Position numbers and translations under genes: made by a program
The notes under the pieces: generated by a model
What the model saw: only the letters and a program-made list of their open reading frames with translations
Databases searched by the model: none
Told to the model about the DNA's origin: nothing
From: Ruditapes philippinarum
Taxonomy: Eukaryota
Direction: 5' to 3'
Assembly: GCF_026571515.1 (NCBI RefSeq)
Contig: NW_026866441.1
Span: 186,001 to 243,769, forward strand
Length of the DNA: 57,769 bases
Shown: positions 11,678 through 24,365 of the stretch, piece by piece
Numbering within the stretch: the first letter of the stretch is position 1
Layout: the number at the start of each line of letters is the position of its first letter

Positions 11678-14600
11678 TTTATAAATTGCCCAGGACAGAA
11701 TATAAATATAAGTAGAAAAAGGTTATGCAATACAATTTTATATATGTATACAGTCTAAAAATATATTCGTAAACAGTTATTAAATGGGGCAGTTATACAG
11801 TGGCATATTCAGGCCCTGGCGTAAGGGCTGAACCCTCCAGCTCAGCCTAAAGATAAGTTCATGAGCTGGGATGGAATATTTACGTGTCAGTTTCATGCAA
11901 AAGTGGTCATAAGATACCCCCTTATCAAAACATATAATGCTGTCATCCGGTTGTTAAGCACCAGCCTAGGTGCTGTAAAGATCTTTATCTAATGACTTGA
12001 ACATCAAAAAGGCAAATTGTATTGGCCTATTAACTTCACAAATGTCTCAGTCACTTATAGTGGCGAATAGGTGTGTTACAATATACAATGAGGAAAGAAG
12101 GAAGTTGTTTACTATTTTGAAATGTACATAACCGATAACAAATAATGAGCATATGTGTGTATGATTATAGTACACGGGCCAATGGGCCTATAAGTCAACA
12201 ATTTACTGTGTCACAGACACCCCTCACAAACCACCACATTCATATAAATTTGTGCTTAAAGATATACTATGCGCATCTTTCAGTGATATATTTTTATTAC
12301 AGAAATTTATTGAAATCTATTAAATTCTTACTGAATATGTCTTATTTAAATAAAAACACATACATACAATGTTTGAGAATCTGCGTTCCTTATTACGGGT
12401 TAAGTAAAGTTGTGCCTGTCTTTAAAAAAAACTGCCATATTCTTTTAATAACACAATATATTCATAGTGCCCACTTAAAGTGTATAGGATTTAAAGCAAA
12501 ATATTTGTGTGAAGCCAAATGATATTTATTTTATATTACAAAAAGACTGTGAAGCAACAATCAATATTTTTCAAATATCAAGTTTGAGCATAATATATCT
12601 TTAAATTCAATTTCAGTATTGCACATACGACTACGGCACACGCCCAAAGAGTTGAATAAACAATGTATAAGAGATGTTTGCCACTTTTAGAATGAGTTAT
12701 AAGAGACATTTATTACATTTTTGTCTTGTCACATGCTGGCCGAATCTTCAAAACAAACACGCACTTTTTGCCTGTCGCATCGTTTTCTTTTTTTTCCCTT
12801 AAAATTTTCCACATACATGTCAACCCCCAACTAACACTGTTCGGTATACGCCCATATATAAAGGGGACGTAACTTTGTTTTACTCCAAGTGCAAAATAGC
12901 AGGGCCATCCAGAAAATAACGGGATGTAACGACAAAACGACACCTGCTGTCATAATATGAAAACAAAATATTGGAACTCGCATTATGCTTACCGCAAACT
13001 GCTTAGTGCGTACTGTAACATACGACTATAATATTGCTATCGTTGTTATCTTTGTTGTCGATGCGCACTGGCCCTGTCTTACATTATAATTGTAATCAGT
13101 GAATATATTGAAGCATATGAATGCTAAGACACGTCAAATTCGCCAATTATTGATCAAAATTGTGAAATAGTGTCAACAATGTAAGTGGCAGATTTAAAGC
13201 AAATTAAAGGTATTACAGGAACTTACCATTTTACATCTAGTTATAAAGAATGTGAACATAATACGCTGTCCTTAAAACAGGTGCAAATAAACATATAGCA
13301 TATTGAAATATGTGAGTTTCATGGTTCAAAAAGGAACACATGAAGTTGCAATTACATGATAGTGCATTCATATACATAATGCATGATAGTATTCAGCAAA
13401 ACGTAGGTTTCCATTGTCATAAAGAAGTATGGAAGCAAGCATAATGTAAGTCCAAATAACATCAAGCAAGATGGAACAAATGCATTAATTCTGTTCCATA
13501 GCTGACATTAATAAAACCACCGAGGAGTCTTTATGTGTGTAAATGAAACAAGGTTAAAAAAATAGAATGTAACAGACAACATTACCAAATGTAAAATTGT
13601 AAACTGTAAATTGTTGAAACCAAATCAGTCCAAAAACTATGTTCATTTTTGCTATAAATAAAAGATCTATTTCAGGGAGATATTAGCTACAGAACGAATT
13701 AATACCAGTTCTTGTTCCCGCATTTCACAAAGCCAATGCGATGTTTTTTTTTATAGAAACGAGATTCTATTAAGTGTAATAACAACTGACATATTTGGAA
13801 ATAAATCTAATTTATTTCCTAATAAAGAAAGAAATCACTAAGATATACAGCTAATATAACAGGACAATTTCCTGTGGTCAAATAATAAGATAGCTCCTAA
13901 GTATTTGATTGCCAAGAATAAACATGTTTTCAAAATCTTGAAATTACAAAAATTCTTAAAGCAATACATGTCATTTTTAATTCTGTTCATTGTGTAAGCC
14001 CATAAAAGGAAAATTATAGCAGATATTTTTTTTCTAAATTAAAAAAAGGACTTTATTATTATCATAATAATGCTGTGGTTGTAAACATGTTTTACATTTC
14101 ATAAAAGATAATCCATAAAGCTGGATAACATTACTGATCTGTTTCATGTGTCTATTGCATACGGTTGAGTCAATAACGGGAAGTAATTATAACATATAAC
14201 TCATTCCAAAACATCAGAAAGTCAAAAGCTTAACGGAGATTTTCACGAAGTGTTCCTCTTGACCCTTTGGATAAAATCACAGAAGGTAATAACAAATCAT
14301 ATTGTAACAAATTTCGATCAGTTTACATTGATAATTTAAATATATATTAATATATAATGTCTTTCAACGAAGCACTGTATGTTTAGATTAAGTCAAATAA
14401 ATTGAACATGTTCTTGCTTTTTACGCATAGTGTCGTTTCATATTTATTTTTAATAAAAAGACATTGTCCTATCGGTTGATTTATAATTTTGCGGTTATGA
14501 TAAAAGAAACATAATGTGTTTGTACATTTTCATCACTAGAAAAAAATGTAAAATTATTTGATCTTTAGCTAAATTACAATAACAGTATTTTCACTGTATG

Positions 14601-15112
14601 GCGGAATTCTTATCATTTATCATTTATCCTGAGTTTGAAGAATTCCTACAATTTAGCAGGAAAGCTTGAGATATAAAATCAAATATAAAGAGTGATACAT
14701 ATCGTGCAATGTTAACGTAAGACATCAAATAAAATGTTGGTCTTGCGTGAGGACTACATTTAGTATATTAATTTAAGTTCCAATGATTTACGGGTTGAGT
14801 GACAGGAAGCTAATTTAACCAGGTCTGGTTATTGGACATTTACATATGTCTATACAAGGCGTTACATTATTAATTTTCGATTGAAATAACCTTAAATGAA
14901 TAAATATATTAATAAATGTTTTTCTCAATATTCAATATTTAATATGTTAATATTAAAAATATAATATGAGTAAATAAGCAAAAGCGTGTAGCATTCTCGA
15001 ATCATATACAATGTCAAACATAACAAGAATATAAAATGGAATGAACACCGTTTTCCTATTCACATGAAAACAGGAGTTGCTATTCGATATCTCTTGGTCA
15101 TAACACTTAATT

Positions 15113-15345
15113 TCTTGTTGTTTGTCTGTTAAGATTTAAGTAACTCAAATACTGTAATAGTCATATGGCGACTTTGCAGCTCTTCTGCCTCCGTGCATTA
15201 ATTAGACAGGAACGGATACCTGAGAAGAATCAACGACGTTTAATACAGTTGCTGGAAAACTTCCTCACATGAAAGTATTTTATGTTACTGGCGGTATTCA
15301 AACACTAAGCGGTGAGGGACAAGTGATTTGAAGTTCAAGCATGAT
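15113..15345 (-). mobile_element. Duplicated copy of the SINE at 7460-7700
   Basis: Same sequence at the same position within duplication A copy 2. Confidence 0.65.
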
Positions 15346-16639
15346 TTTACACACACAAAAAAACATTGCTATAACAACATACCACTATGCCAAAGGTTGT
15401 TTCTGTTTTAACCTATCTGTGTTCAATGTAACCCATTTCGGCTTGAGTCTATTAACAATTAAAAGTATTACACATCGACTTCAGTCATTCTAGACTGACA
15501 GATTTTGTGACAATCGGTGCAACCAAACAATTTTTTTTTCGGAATTGCTTAACTTTACTCATTTTGACTTTTTAAGCCATGCCATTTGAAATATTTCACC
15601 TTGAACTTGCCTTTTTTTATAAAAAGTACTAGCTAGAAAAAGAGAAAGTTGTCATTTTTGAATAAACAAAACAACATTTCAAGGAAAAATGTGACAAATC
15701 TTCTCTAACTTTAAATGATCTTGTCACTTTATTGTCAGCTAAAACCGTTTTAGATTTAACTGTCAGAAACAGATGTGCTTAAGTTATGGCTTTACATTTT
15801 TTGTCATTTTCATGACAAAAAATAAAAAGAAATAAATACAACATTCTGTTTAAATTTAATGTTAATTGGGCATAATTATTACTTCAAGAAAGTAAAGACG
15901 CGAATATTCACATGGCAGTAAAATTAAGAAACTTATTTCAAAATTGGTTATAATATTAAATTAACTTTATTAAAATTGTTGGAAATTGATATGTTCAAAA
16001 TTTCTTTACTTTGCTCATATGATTATTACTAATAACATGTTAATATCATGAAATGAAATTATACTTTTATTTATTTTTTACAACATAAGAAAAAAATCAA
16101 TTGCGAAGCACTTTTACATCTTTGATATAATGAAGGAAATGAGCTATCTAGTTTTCTAGAGCATTATGCTTATTTTTGCCACATTTTTACAGACATTTCA
16201 AAAGCAGTTACATTGACGTGACTTTAAAATTCCAATTAAATTAATTACCTTGTAAAAATATTGCTAAAATTTGACATCCAATTTAATTTTTTCCCCATTC
16301 TTTTCCATGAAGTGTTAAAAGTAAAGATAATGAATGGCAAAATGTACTCATTATATAGATTTGTTAAAAAAAACGGGAACCAATTATAATCTTATGTCAT
16401 TCAATTATTACAACTTTCAACAATTTTAACAAGATAAATAGTGTCACTTACTTGTCGTTTATTTGAGCATTAGAACACTTAGAAAACACGTGTTCAAACT
16501 GATTTGATGGAGTTTTAGTTTTATCAATTCACTGTGTAATTATGCGAAAATGATCATTTTTCTGCATTTGACAGTTATAGAAATATCCATGCTGAATATT
16601 TTAATATTGAACGAACTCAAATAATCAAAATGTCGTTCT

Positions 16640-16895
16640 CATACAGTCGAGTGGTTATGGTTGTCAACTTCTTATCAATTGTCATTCTTCGTTTTTGGTT
16701 TGAATCCCGTCAGTTGAAACTATAATGTTAGTTAATAGAAGGTCAGTAGGCGAACTCATGTTTCCGCTCGTACCTGAAATATTGCATTGCACAAATGGGA
16801 CGTTTTGGGGACTGAGGTCTTCCTCTACCAGTGAATTTGGAAAATCTCACACGTTGACAGTGTCGGTGAAACTTAAAATCCAACAAAACAATCAA
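16640..16895 (+). mobile_element. Duplicated copy of the SINE at 8895-9153
   Basis: GTCGAGTGGTTA...GGTTTGAATCCCG...GTGTCGGTGAAACTTAAAATCCAACAAAACAATCAA. Confidence 0.75.
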
Positions 16896-19800
16896 TTCCA
16901 TCCATACCATGATAAGATACGTGTATTCACATCCGAATTAATTTATGTATAAGGACAATTTTAAAGTCGTCATTAGGCTGAAATAGGTGATAAATCCGGT
17001 AACAGAACGAAGGAAATCCGTTAAAATTTCTGTTAATTACTCCTGAACTGGTTAATGAACGTAGAGTTTAGAAGTCGGTTGTGTAGCATTATGAGAACAA
17101 AATGAACATACCCCACACATGAAGAGTATTCATCCCCTAAAACGTCTTAATAATGACCGCATAATGACCGCTCGATTTTTCTTTCTTCATAAAACCGCAG
17201 GACCTCTATATGTTAGCATTTAAATGTGCCAACTCTTTAAAACCTCATAGCAATGGCTTTACGTACTTGTATTGTAAGTATTGTTTTAATGAACGTATTT
17301 GACCATACAGTAGCTTAGTGCTCTCATCTGTTATGAGGTAGACTTGTTTACAAGACAAGTTTACTTGTAGAGTGTTCCGCCACAAGTTTCCACAAATTTT
17401 ATGATTGCGCGTTCTTTCGGCGTGGTCTGCCCCATTATCTCATAGACGTCCACTGGCTTTTTGTGGATAAACGGTAGTATAAATAGCTTGAGCGCCTTCA
17501 TTCGGGAGTGTCAACACTTTAAAAATCTTTACACCTTACCATATTTTGTTTTAGATTGGAAAAGATGTGTATCTTATTTTGTTTGACAAATATTACATTT
17601 TGAGCATTTGAAATTGTCTAGATGTGTAATATAAAAAATATTAAATCGCAATACTTGTTTTGATAAAGAGAATTTAGCTAAGTATTTATATTTGATCAAG
17701 TAGACTGAGAATAATATAACGTCTTCGAAATTCGTCTTCTTCGCGTTTGCTAACCGAGATATTGATTATGAATCTTATGTTATCTATTAATAATTTTGAA
17801 TTGCCAACCTGTTACGTTACATTGAAAAATAACTACGACATTAATTAAATTTGAATACATGGCAGTCATAATCACAGTAAGGTGAATTGTCCCCAGTTTT
17901 CTTAACTGTATGAGTTCAAAATGGCGCTAGCACTTGAGATACCAGATATTCGTCCACTTGAGAGATCAGACCCTACTGTTATTGTAAGCTGTTTTTAAAG
18001 TGAAACATAACACTGCAAAACATCATTAGATTATAAGCAGTATGTGTGACGTCCCAGGGTCGAAACAATATACAGCAAATGATATAACAGTCTCTAAACA
18101 GAGAGGTGTTATGCCAATTTGTGTCCTTAACTGCGACATTTATTGCGGTGAATTGAAACCTTACATTGCAAATTAAAAGGTATAAATCAGTCGACATAAT
18201 TAACAATACTGTCACTTTATTTCACAAACCGTATTTAACGAAACAAGTCTACTAATCTTTCTTTTCAAGTATATATGTCAGAATATACTAGACCAGTTAT
18301 AGGACAATTTATTCAGTAAGAATGTCCTAGACATCAATAAATTTATGCCATCCATAGATGAGCATTGTATATCTATAAATTCTTGAAGACGATTATTTAT
18401 AAGTTTTTTGTGCACTCGACTAAATAACCTATTCTCACAATTTTCTTTTGTTCTTAATCAGTTCAATCTCTTTGACAGCTAAATACTAGGTAAAACCGTC
18501 GAGACATGTGACCTTTATATTTTACTATTATAAATCAAATGTTTCCGTGACTTGAGAACCATTTTGCGTACAATGTATCCACAATTAATGTTTTGTCTGA
18601 CACTGAACAAGAAAAGCAATGTATTACAAACTTACAATGTGATTTTTAAAAGATTATTTTGACAAATTAGCTTCTGGATTGAAGAAATTAGGGTTAGATA
18701 AAAAAATGTTATAAAGGTTAATCATTGTTTTAGTGCGGGGCGACATATGTATTACAACACTCCTAGTGGTTCTGCAGATTTTACAGGATTAAATATCTAA
18801 CGCAAAGAAGAAAAGGATAGAGTTATATAGGTGACCAATTTGGATTGATGTCTTATATAAGGTTGAAACGATTTTGTCTTCACCTGCCATTAAATCATAA
18901 ATAGTATTGTTAAAAGTGCATATTTGTTTGTCTTATAATGTTTGTATATACTTTAAAGCCAGGAAAATGCTGGATTCGTTTCATGAAAAAGTAATAGCTG
19001 TTACAGAAAGGTACATTTGAACATTGTATTTCCTTTTACAAATTATAATTTCAAACTTAGTCTAGTTAATTTCTCATCCGGAAAAGGAGACGTGACGAAC
19101 ATACATATATCTTACTAAAAAGTTCACATTATACGAAAATATAGTTAATCATATTTTTTAATTAAGACTGCCAACGAAGCTAAACCATGTCTGTTTTAGA
19201 GATATTTCCGTCTTATTTAAATTTATTTGCATCCTAAATGTTTACGGATATGTAAATAATTGCACATTTCAAATTTATTTATAGGATCTTTCAGATAAAT
19301 TTTACAAACTCGTGTTAGTTTGATTTGATTTGAATGCCGATACATGCATCAAAACTTCAGTGACAGCCACAAATCGTCCGTAATGTTATACTTTTATTAA
19401 AATTACCCGAAGTTCTAGAGACGTTTTAAAAGATGCTTAATAATCAAGATGTCCATAAATATTTGTTGACACAATTTTTAAAATATGCCATATGTTTTTA
19501 AATCCGTTTGAAAGTTATTATTATTCTAGTTCGTTAAAATAATGATTTGAACAAACAAAATAACATGTTAAAGAAACAAGAGACAATTTCATGACCACTC
19601 TTCCCTGACACTTAATGTGAAATAAAAATAATTCTGCCAGAAACAGACATGTAATGCTTCGGCTGATATATATTTTGGATTTCGTGCCAAATAAATTCAA
19701 CTTCAGATTGTGATTCTTGTACATTATACAGTTAATCGGAAATATGTTCTTCTTATAGGCAGTGATTTTTTTCTTACGTAAAACAGACCAGTCATATTAA

Positions 19801-20301
19801 AAAAAACGAACCAGTAATTTAAGTCAAGGTTTTATATAGAAAAATATATGCTCTTTATATCTGTGTCCATATATAATGTAGTTTCAAAAAGAGTTCTCAG
19901 AATGCGGTGAAATTGAAACCGTTAAGGCTTCATGTTACTGAGCAGGTTTAAGGAGAACGTGGTTAGAATGAAAGTTACTGTTTACGCTCTTTAAGTTGAA
20001 TTCAACATTTATATAATGAATTGTAAACAAACAAAGGTTAGAGAAGAAATATAAATGAAACAACTTTCACCCATTGCCAATTCTTGGGATGTTTTTAAAT
20101 CTATTGTACATTGTATTTTCAAAACTCATTTTAGTGTCAGAATACTGTATTTGGTATGTATTTTATGTTTTAAAGTTGTTATTATTTTTATAAACAAGTA
20201 GGATAGTTGTCTGGAAAAAATTAAAATCTGTTTACTTTAAAGGCTGACAAAAGGCATGCATAGCAAAAAAAATGAAAAAAAGACCAGTTTAGTAGCTGTT
20301 C

Positions 20302-21550
20302 TTAACCTTTTACCCCATGAGCATATTGCGAAAAATGGCCGTTTTCATTGAAAAGCCTCCTGTATCAAGTTCAAACTGCTATGAAACTATGAAAAATGCT
20401 TCAATACTGATGAAACTTGGCACAAATGTTGACTAGACCATGACCTCTGTAACAGCATGCTCAATCGTAAAGTTCCTGTTACCATGGCAACGGGGGGAAG
20501 TCTCAAGATTGCCAAAAATCACTATTTTGCATTGTGTTTTTCCATCAAAAATGATTTCAAAGTGCTGCAAATTTTCAATGAATTCAGATAGAGTAAAAGG
20601 CTTTTCAGCGTCGGTTACTAGTTACCCTAAAATCGACCTGAGGCCATTTTTAGCCTGTCACATGTCCAAAATTTTCTTGGCGATGAGGGGGACTACCGCC
20701 CCCCTTCAAACCCCCCAAACAGAAGGGAGCACATCCCCTTCTGGCATCTCCCTGATGTAATATTTGGATGGGGGCGGCACCGAAAAGTGGCCACTTTTTA
20801 AACAACATTTCTAAAACGAAAAACAGTGTTTGGGGCCTAAATAGGGCATTTTTTCATTGTTTGAGGCCTCAGAAAGGAGGGGGCAAAAAGCCGTCGAAAC
20901 ACGCTTATATATGGGAAAAGGTTAATGAAAAACCTTTGAATTACTCAAAAACTATTTTTTTTATGTTAACACGTGCCTTAACACCTAATTTTGGTGAAAA
21001 ATTGTTTTGTTTTTTTGACATTTTTTTTTTTAAATTAACTTTTAACCCATGAGCATATTGCGAAATTGAAAAGCCTCCTGTAACAAGTTCAAACTGCTAT
21101 GAAACTATGAAAAATGCTTCAAAACTGATGACGCTTGGCAATAATGTTGACTAGACCTCTGTAACAGCATGCTCAATCGTAAATTTTCTGTTACCATGGC
21201 AACGGGGGGACGTCTCAAAATTGCTAAAAATCACTATTTTGCATTGTTTTTTTTCCATCAAAACTGATTTCAAAATGCTGCAACTTTCAATGAATTGAGA
21301 TAGAGTAAAAAGCTTTTCAGCGTCGGTTACTAGTAACCCTAAGATCGACCTGAGGCCATTTTTAGCCTGTCACAAATTTTCTTGGCGATGAGGGTGACTG
21401 CCGCCCCCTTCAAACCACCCAAACAGAAGGGGGCACATCCCCCTTCTGTCTGGCAACCCCCTGATGTAACAATTGAATGGGGGACGGCGCCGAAAAAGAG
21501 TTCACTTCTTTAAACAACATTTCACAAGCGAAAAACAGAGAAAGGGTTAA
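20302..21550. mobile_element. About 1.7 tandem copies of a ~740-bp unit; probable non-autonomous DNA element bounded by TTAA
   Basis: CCCATGAGCATATTGCGAAA...CTGTTACCATGGCAACGGGGGGA...AAACAACATTTC repeated from ~20314 and ~21046. Left end TTAACCTTTT, right end GAAAGGGTTAA, internal GGGAAAAGGTTAA at ~20913-20925. Confidence 0.7.
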
Positions 21551-22095
21551 AGGGCAAATATGGTAATGCGAAATTTTACGAACTAAAGGCAACAGAGAAG
21601 ATTACGCATTAGCAAATTTTACAATTTTAGTTAAAGAAAAACAGTTACTTGCAATAATATAAAAAATATGAAAATACAGTTTAACTCACTATTATCCAAG
21701 ACCTCGAACAAATGCCCTAAAAAGTTTAACTCACAGTTCGAAATTCAATTGTCCACAACTCAGATTTAATCAATGTTCACATCAGAATAAATACAATATG
21801 TCCAAAACACTTCCAACACAGAATTACAGAATCCAAACTTATAAATTTCTATGTTAGCAGTGCAATAGCACACGATCAGTATATCAACATCACACAATAT
21901 CACAAATTAGTACACATCTCGAAGTACAAACATTCATCATATAGATACTATCAATTAACATCTAGAATACGTACTAAATTACCTAGAGAAAGAAAATTTC
22001 AAAATTAACATGAAAAGAACTTTCTTGAAAGAAGATTAATGAACAAGAAAAAATATATATAAACATCAAATAAACAAAAGTTTTTAAAATGATAG

Positions 22096-22167
22096 TGGCA
22101 AGAGTAGGTATCAAACCCACGACATCGAAATTTCAGTCCTGCGCTCTAACTAATGAGCTATTCAGGA
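22096..22167 (-). pseudogene. Degenerate tRNA-like sequence (apparent GAA/Phe anticodon) or isolated SINE head
   Basis: Minus strand reads TCCTGAATAGCTCATTAGTTAGAGCGCAGGACTGAAATTTCGATGTCGTGGGTTTGATACCTACTCTTGCCA: D-arm GCTC/GAGC, CT-GAA-A loop, degenerate T-arm; acceptor and anticodon stems mispaired. Confidence 0.6.
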
Positions 22168-24365
22168 AAAAGATACTAAACACATTTAAAATAACGCCTT
22201 TATACATAACAGGAAATTTACAAGACAAAAATTCTTTTAAAAAAAAAATAACGAGGAAACTTATGTGCATACAAAATTTTTGTCGAAAGTTAAACGCCAA
22301 AACTCAACAAACCTTTCTTAAAAGCGACACTGGTGTTCTTCACAATGTCTATTCGGTGACGTTTCTGCTTAGGTTGGTCGGTGACACGGCCTATTGTACG
22401 TTACGCTACCGAAATCGACTTTATTTTGGTATTTTACCGAAATCAACTTTCCATTACCGAAATCAACCCATCTCTTCATTACCTAAAATTCAACTCATAA
22501 AATTACAATTAAACAATTAATTTGAATTCTTTTCACGGCCTCCCTTTTCTATTTTCGCCAAAAAGGTGAAAAATAATGTGCATATTTATTTACATTGACT
22601 GCCTATTTGCGACTTTTGACATTGACTATGGCAATGAGATGCATAGAATTCAGATCTCCGCTTACATTTTTCGTCGAACGAAATTTAAGATTAATAACCC
22701 ACAACAAAAAAAAAGATAAATAAATAAAACATAAATAAATAAATAAAGAAATAGAAGAATAAATAAGTAAATATGAAAATACCAGTGCATTCCAAAATAG
22801 ACATCAATGTAGACCTCAACAATATTCGGATTCCGGCTTTTAGTATTACCAATAATGCGAAAATAAGGGATAGGCTGTTAAACTGAGACCGCCATTTCAT
22901 ACAGTTATCAAATACAAATATCACAACAATATATAACTAACCAACAAAACATGACATAAACTATTAATAATAACAGCTCTTACCAAGCATTCCATAAGAG
23001 GCGTCGTCAACAAATACTTTGAAAACGTAGACCTTAGGTAAAACCAATGTCAGATTGCTGCATGAAAACGCCTCATCGCACAAGGCGTCTTTAATGTCGC
23101 TGCTCTCCATTTCTTCCGTATGCACCTGACCATCTTCCCTTCAAAGATTGGATCCAGAGAATGAAACTTTGTATATCTGTTTGAGGAAAACAAAATAAAC
23201 TATTCAGTGAAGCCTTTGAGGAATAAAAAGTTTAGATGCATTTATATTTGAACACTCCTCCAACTTGTTCAAGTTGATTCTACTCACACTCTAAATATAG
23301 AAAAGTATTCTTTAATTATTAACCATGGGGTAAAGACATGCAAGAATAGTTTTATAATTATAATAGCGTTATTGGTTGCATGAATAAATAATTTAAAGGA
23401 TTCCTGAATGGTTGGGGTGTGGCTATTCAAAGATAAAGATAATTATGGAAAATAACTTGTAGAGAATATAAATTGAAATCCATTTTATTTCATTCTGCTT
23501 AATATGCAACATTTAAAGTCATTTAATTTTCTAACAATTTTACATCTTTAAGATAAAGGAAGAAATGTATTATATAATTTTCAAGCGAAGTATATTTAAA
23601 AAAATACCCTATTTATATCATGGCAAATCGGAACAAACATCGACGTAGATTTCTAACTTAGATCCATTCAATCTCCTTAATTTCAATGATCTATCCAGGA
23701 CGTGTCAAGTGTTAACTAATGGAAAGTTGTATTACTAATTACATAATAACATTCCTTATTCTCATCGATTTATGCTTTCCCATCGTTTCGTGACGTAAAT
23801 AAATGTCCGAAAACTACGCAAGTTTTAGCCAGAACTCTAATCAACGGTAATATTTACTCAAAATGCGTAATAAGCAGGTAAACATCTAGTTTTTGTGATA
23901 TATTTACGATAAATTTCCAAACAATTCATTAAAATTGTAGTTTTACCCCAAATTTTATCAATGTATACGTTTGTTGTCTGCAATTTCCTGTTGCATTATT
24001 CTTCCCAAGTTGTCTGCCCTTAATCTTGATCATCCGGGTGTTTTACAAATGTATAGTTGTTGTCCAAAAGTTATGGAAGTTTACATTATCAATTACGGAA
24101 AATATCATTTTTCTCAAATTTAAAAGTTGATATTAAATTGCTGTTTTGTGTTGTATTTTTATCTTTTAGATACAATGCATGATGGTTATATTTGGAAGAG
24201 TATAATGTTGATTTATTTTCAGAATTGATATGTTAAACATAATTTTATAGCAAGAATAATGAAAGGATTGTTTTTTTAATTTTTATATTAACCAAATATT
24301 GGTGCCCTGTAAATAAAAAGGCACTCATATGTTGTTTTTTATTTATAATTTTACAGAGGAATCCA

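Larger units (their letters stand above)
13496..19163 (+). repeat. Segmental duplication A, copy 2
   Basis: Direct copy of 3336-11366 that lacks the 2.6-kb transposon; empty site TATAAAGAGTGATACATATCG at ~14685-14705. Confidence 0.97.

Noticed and set aside
11808-11832. Hairpin TTCAGGCCCT-GGCGTA-AGGGCTGAA as a histone stem-loop or terminator
   Set aside because: Does not fit the histone stem-loop consensus and no histone ORF is nearby; probably a repeat remnant
13420-13433. TAAAGAAGTATGGA resembling the 3' part of miR-1
   Set aside because: Seed region absent and no hairpin; chance match
13496-19163. Duplication A as a simple assembly artefact
   Set aside because: The copies differ by many substitutions, indels and a transposon, so a read-level artefact is unlikely; a tandemly placed divergent haplotype cannot be excluded without read depth
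20440-21052. 106-aa and 94-aa ORFs
   Set aside because: They lie inside the ~740-bp repeat, and the second copy has frame-breaking indels
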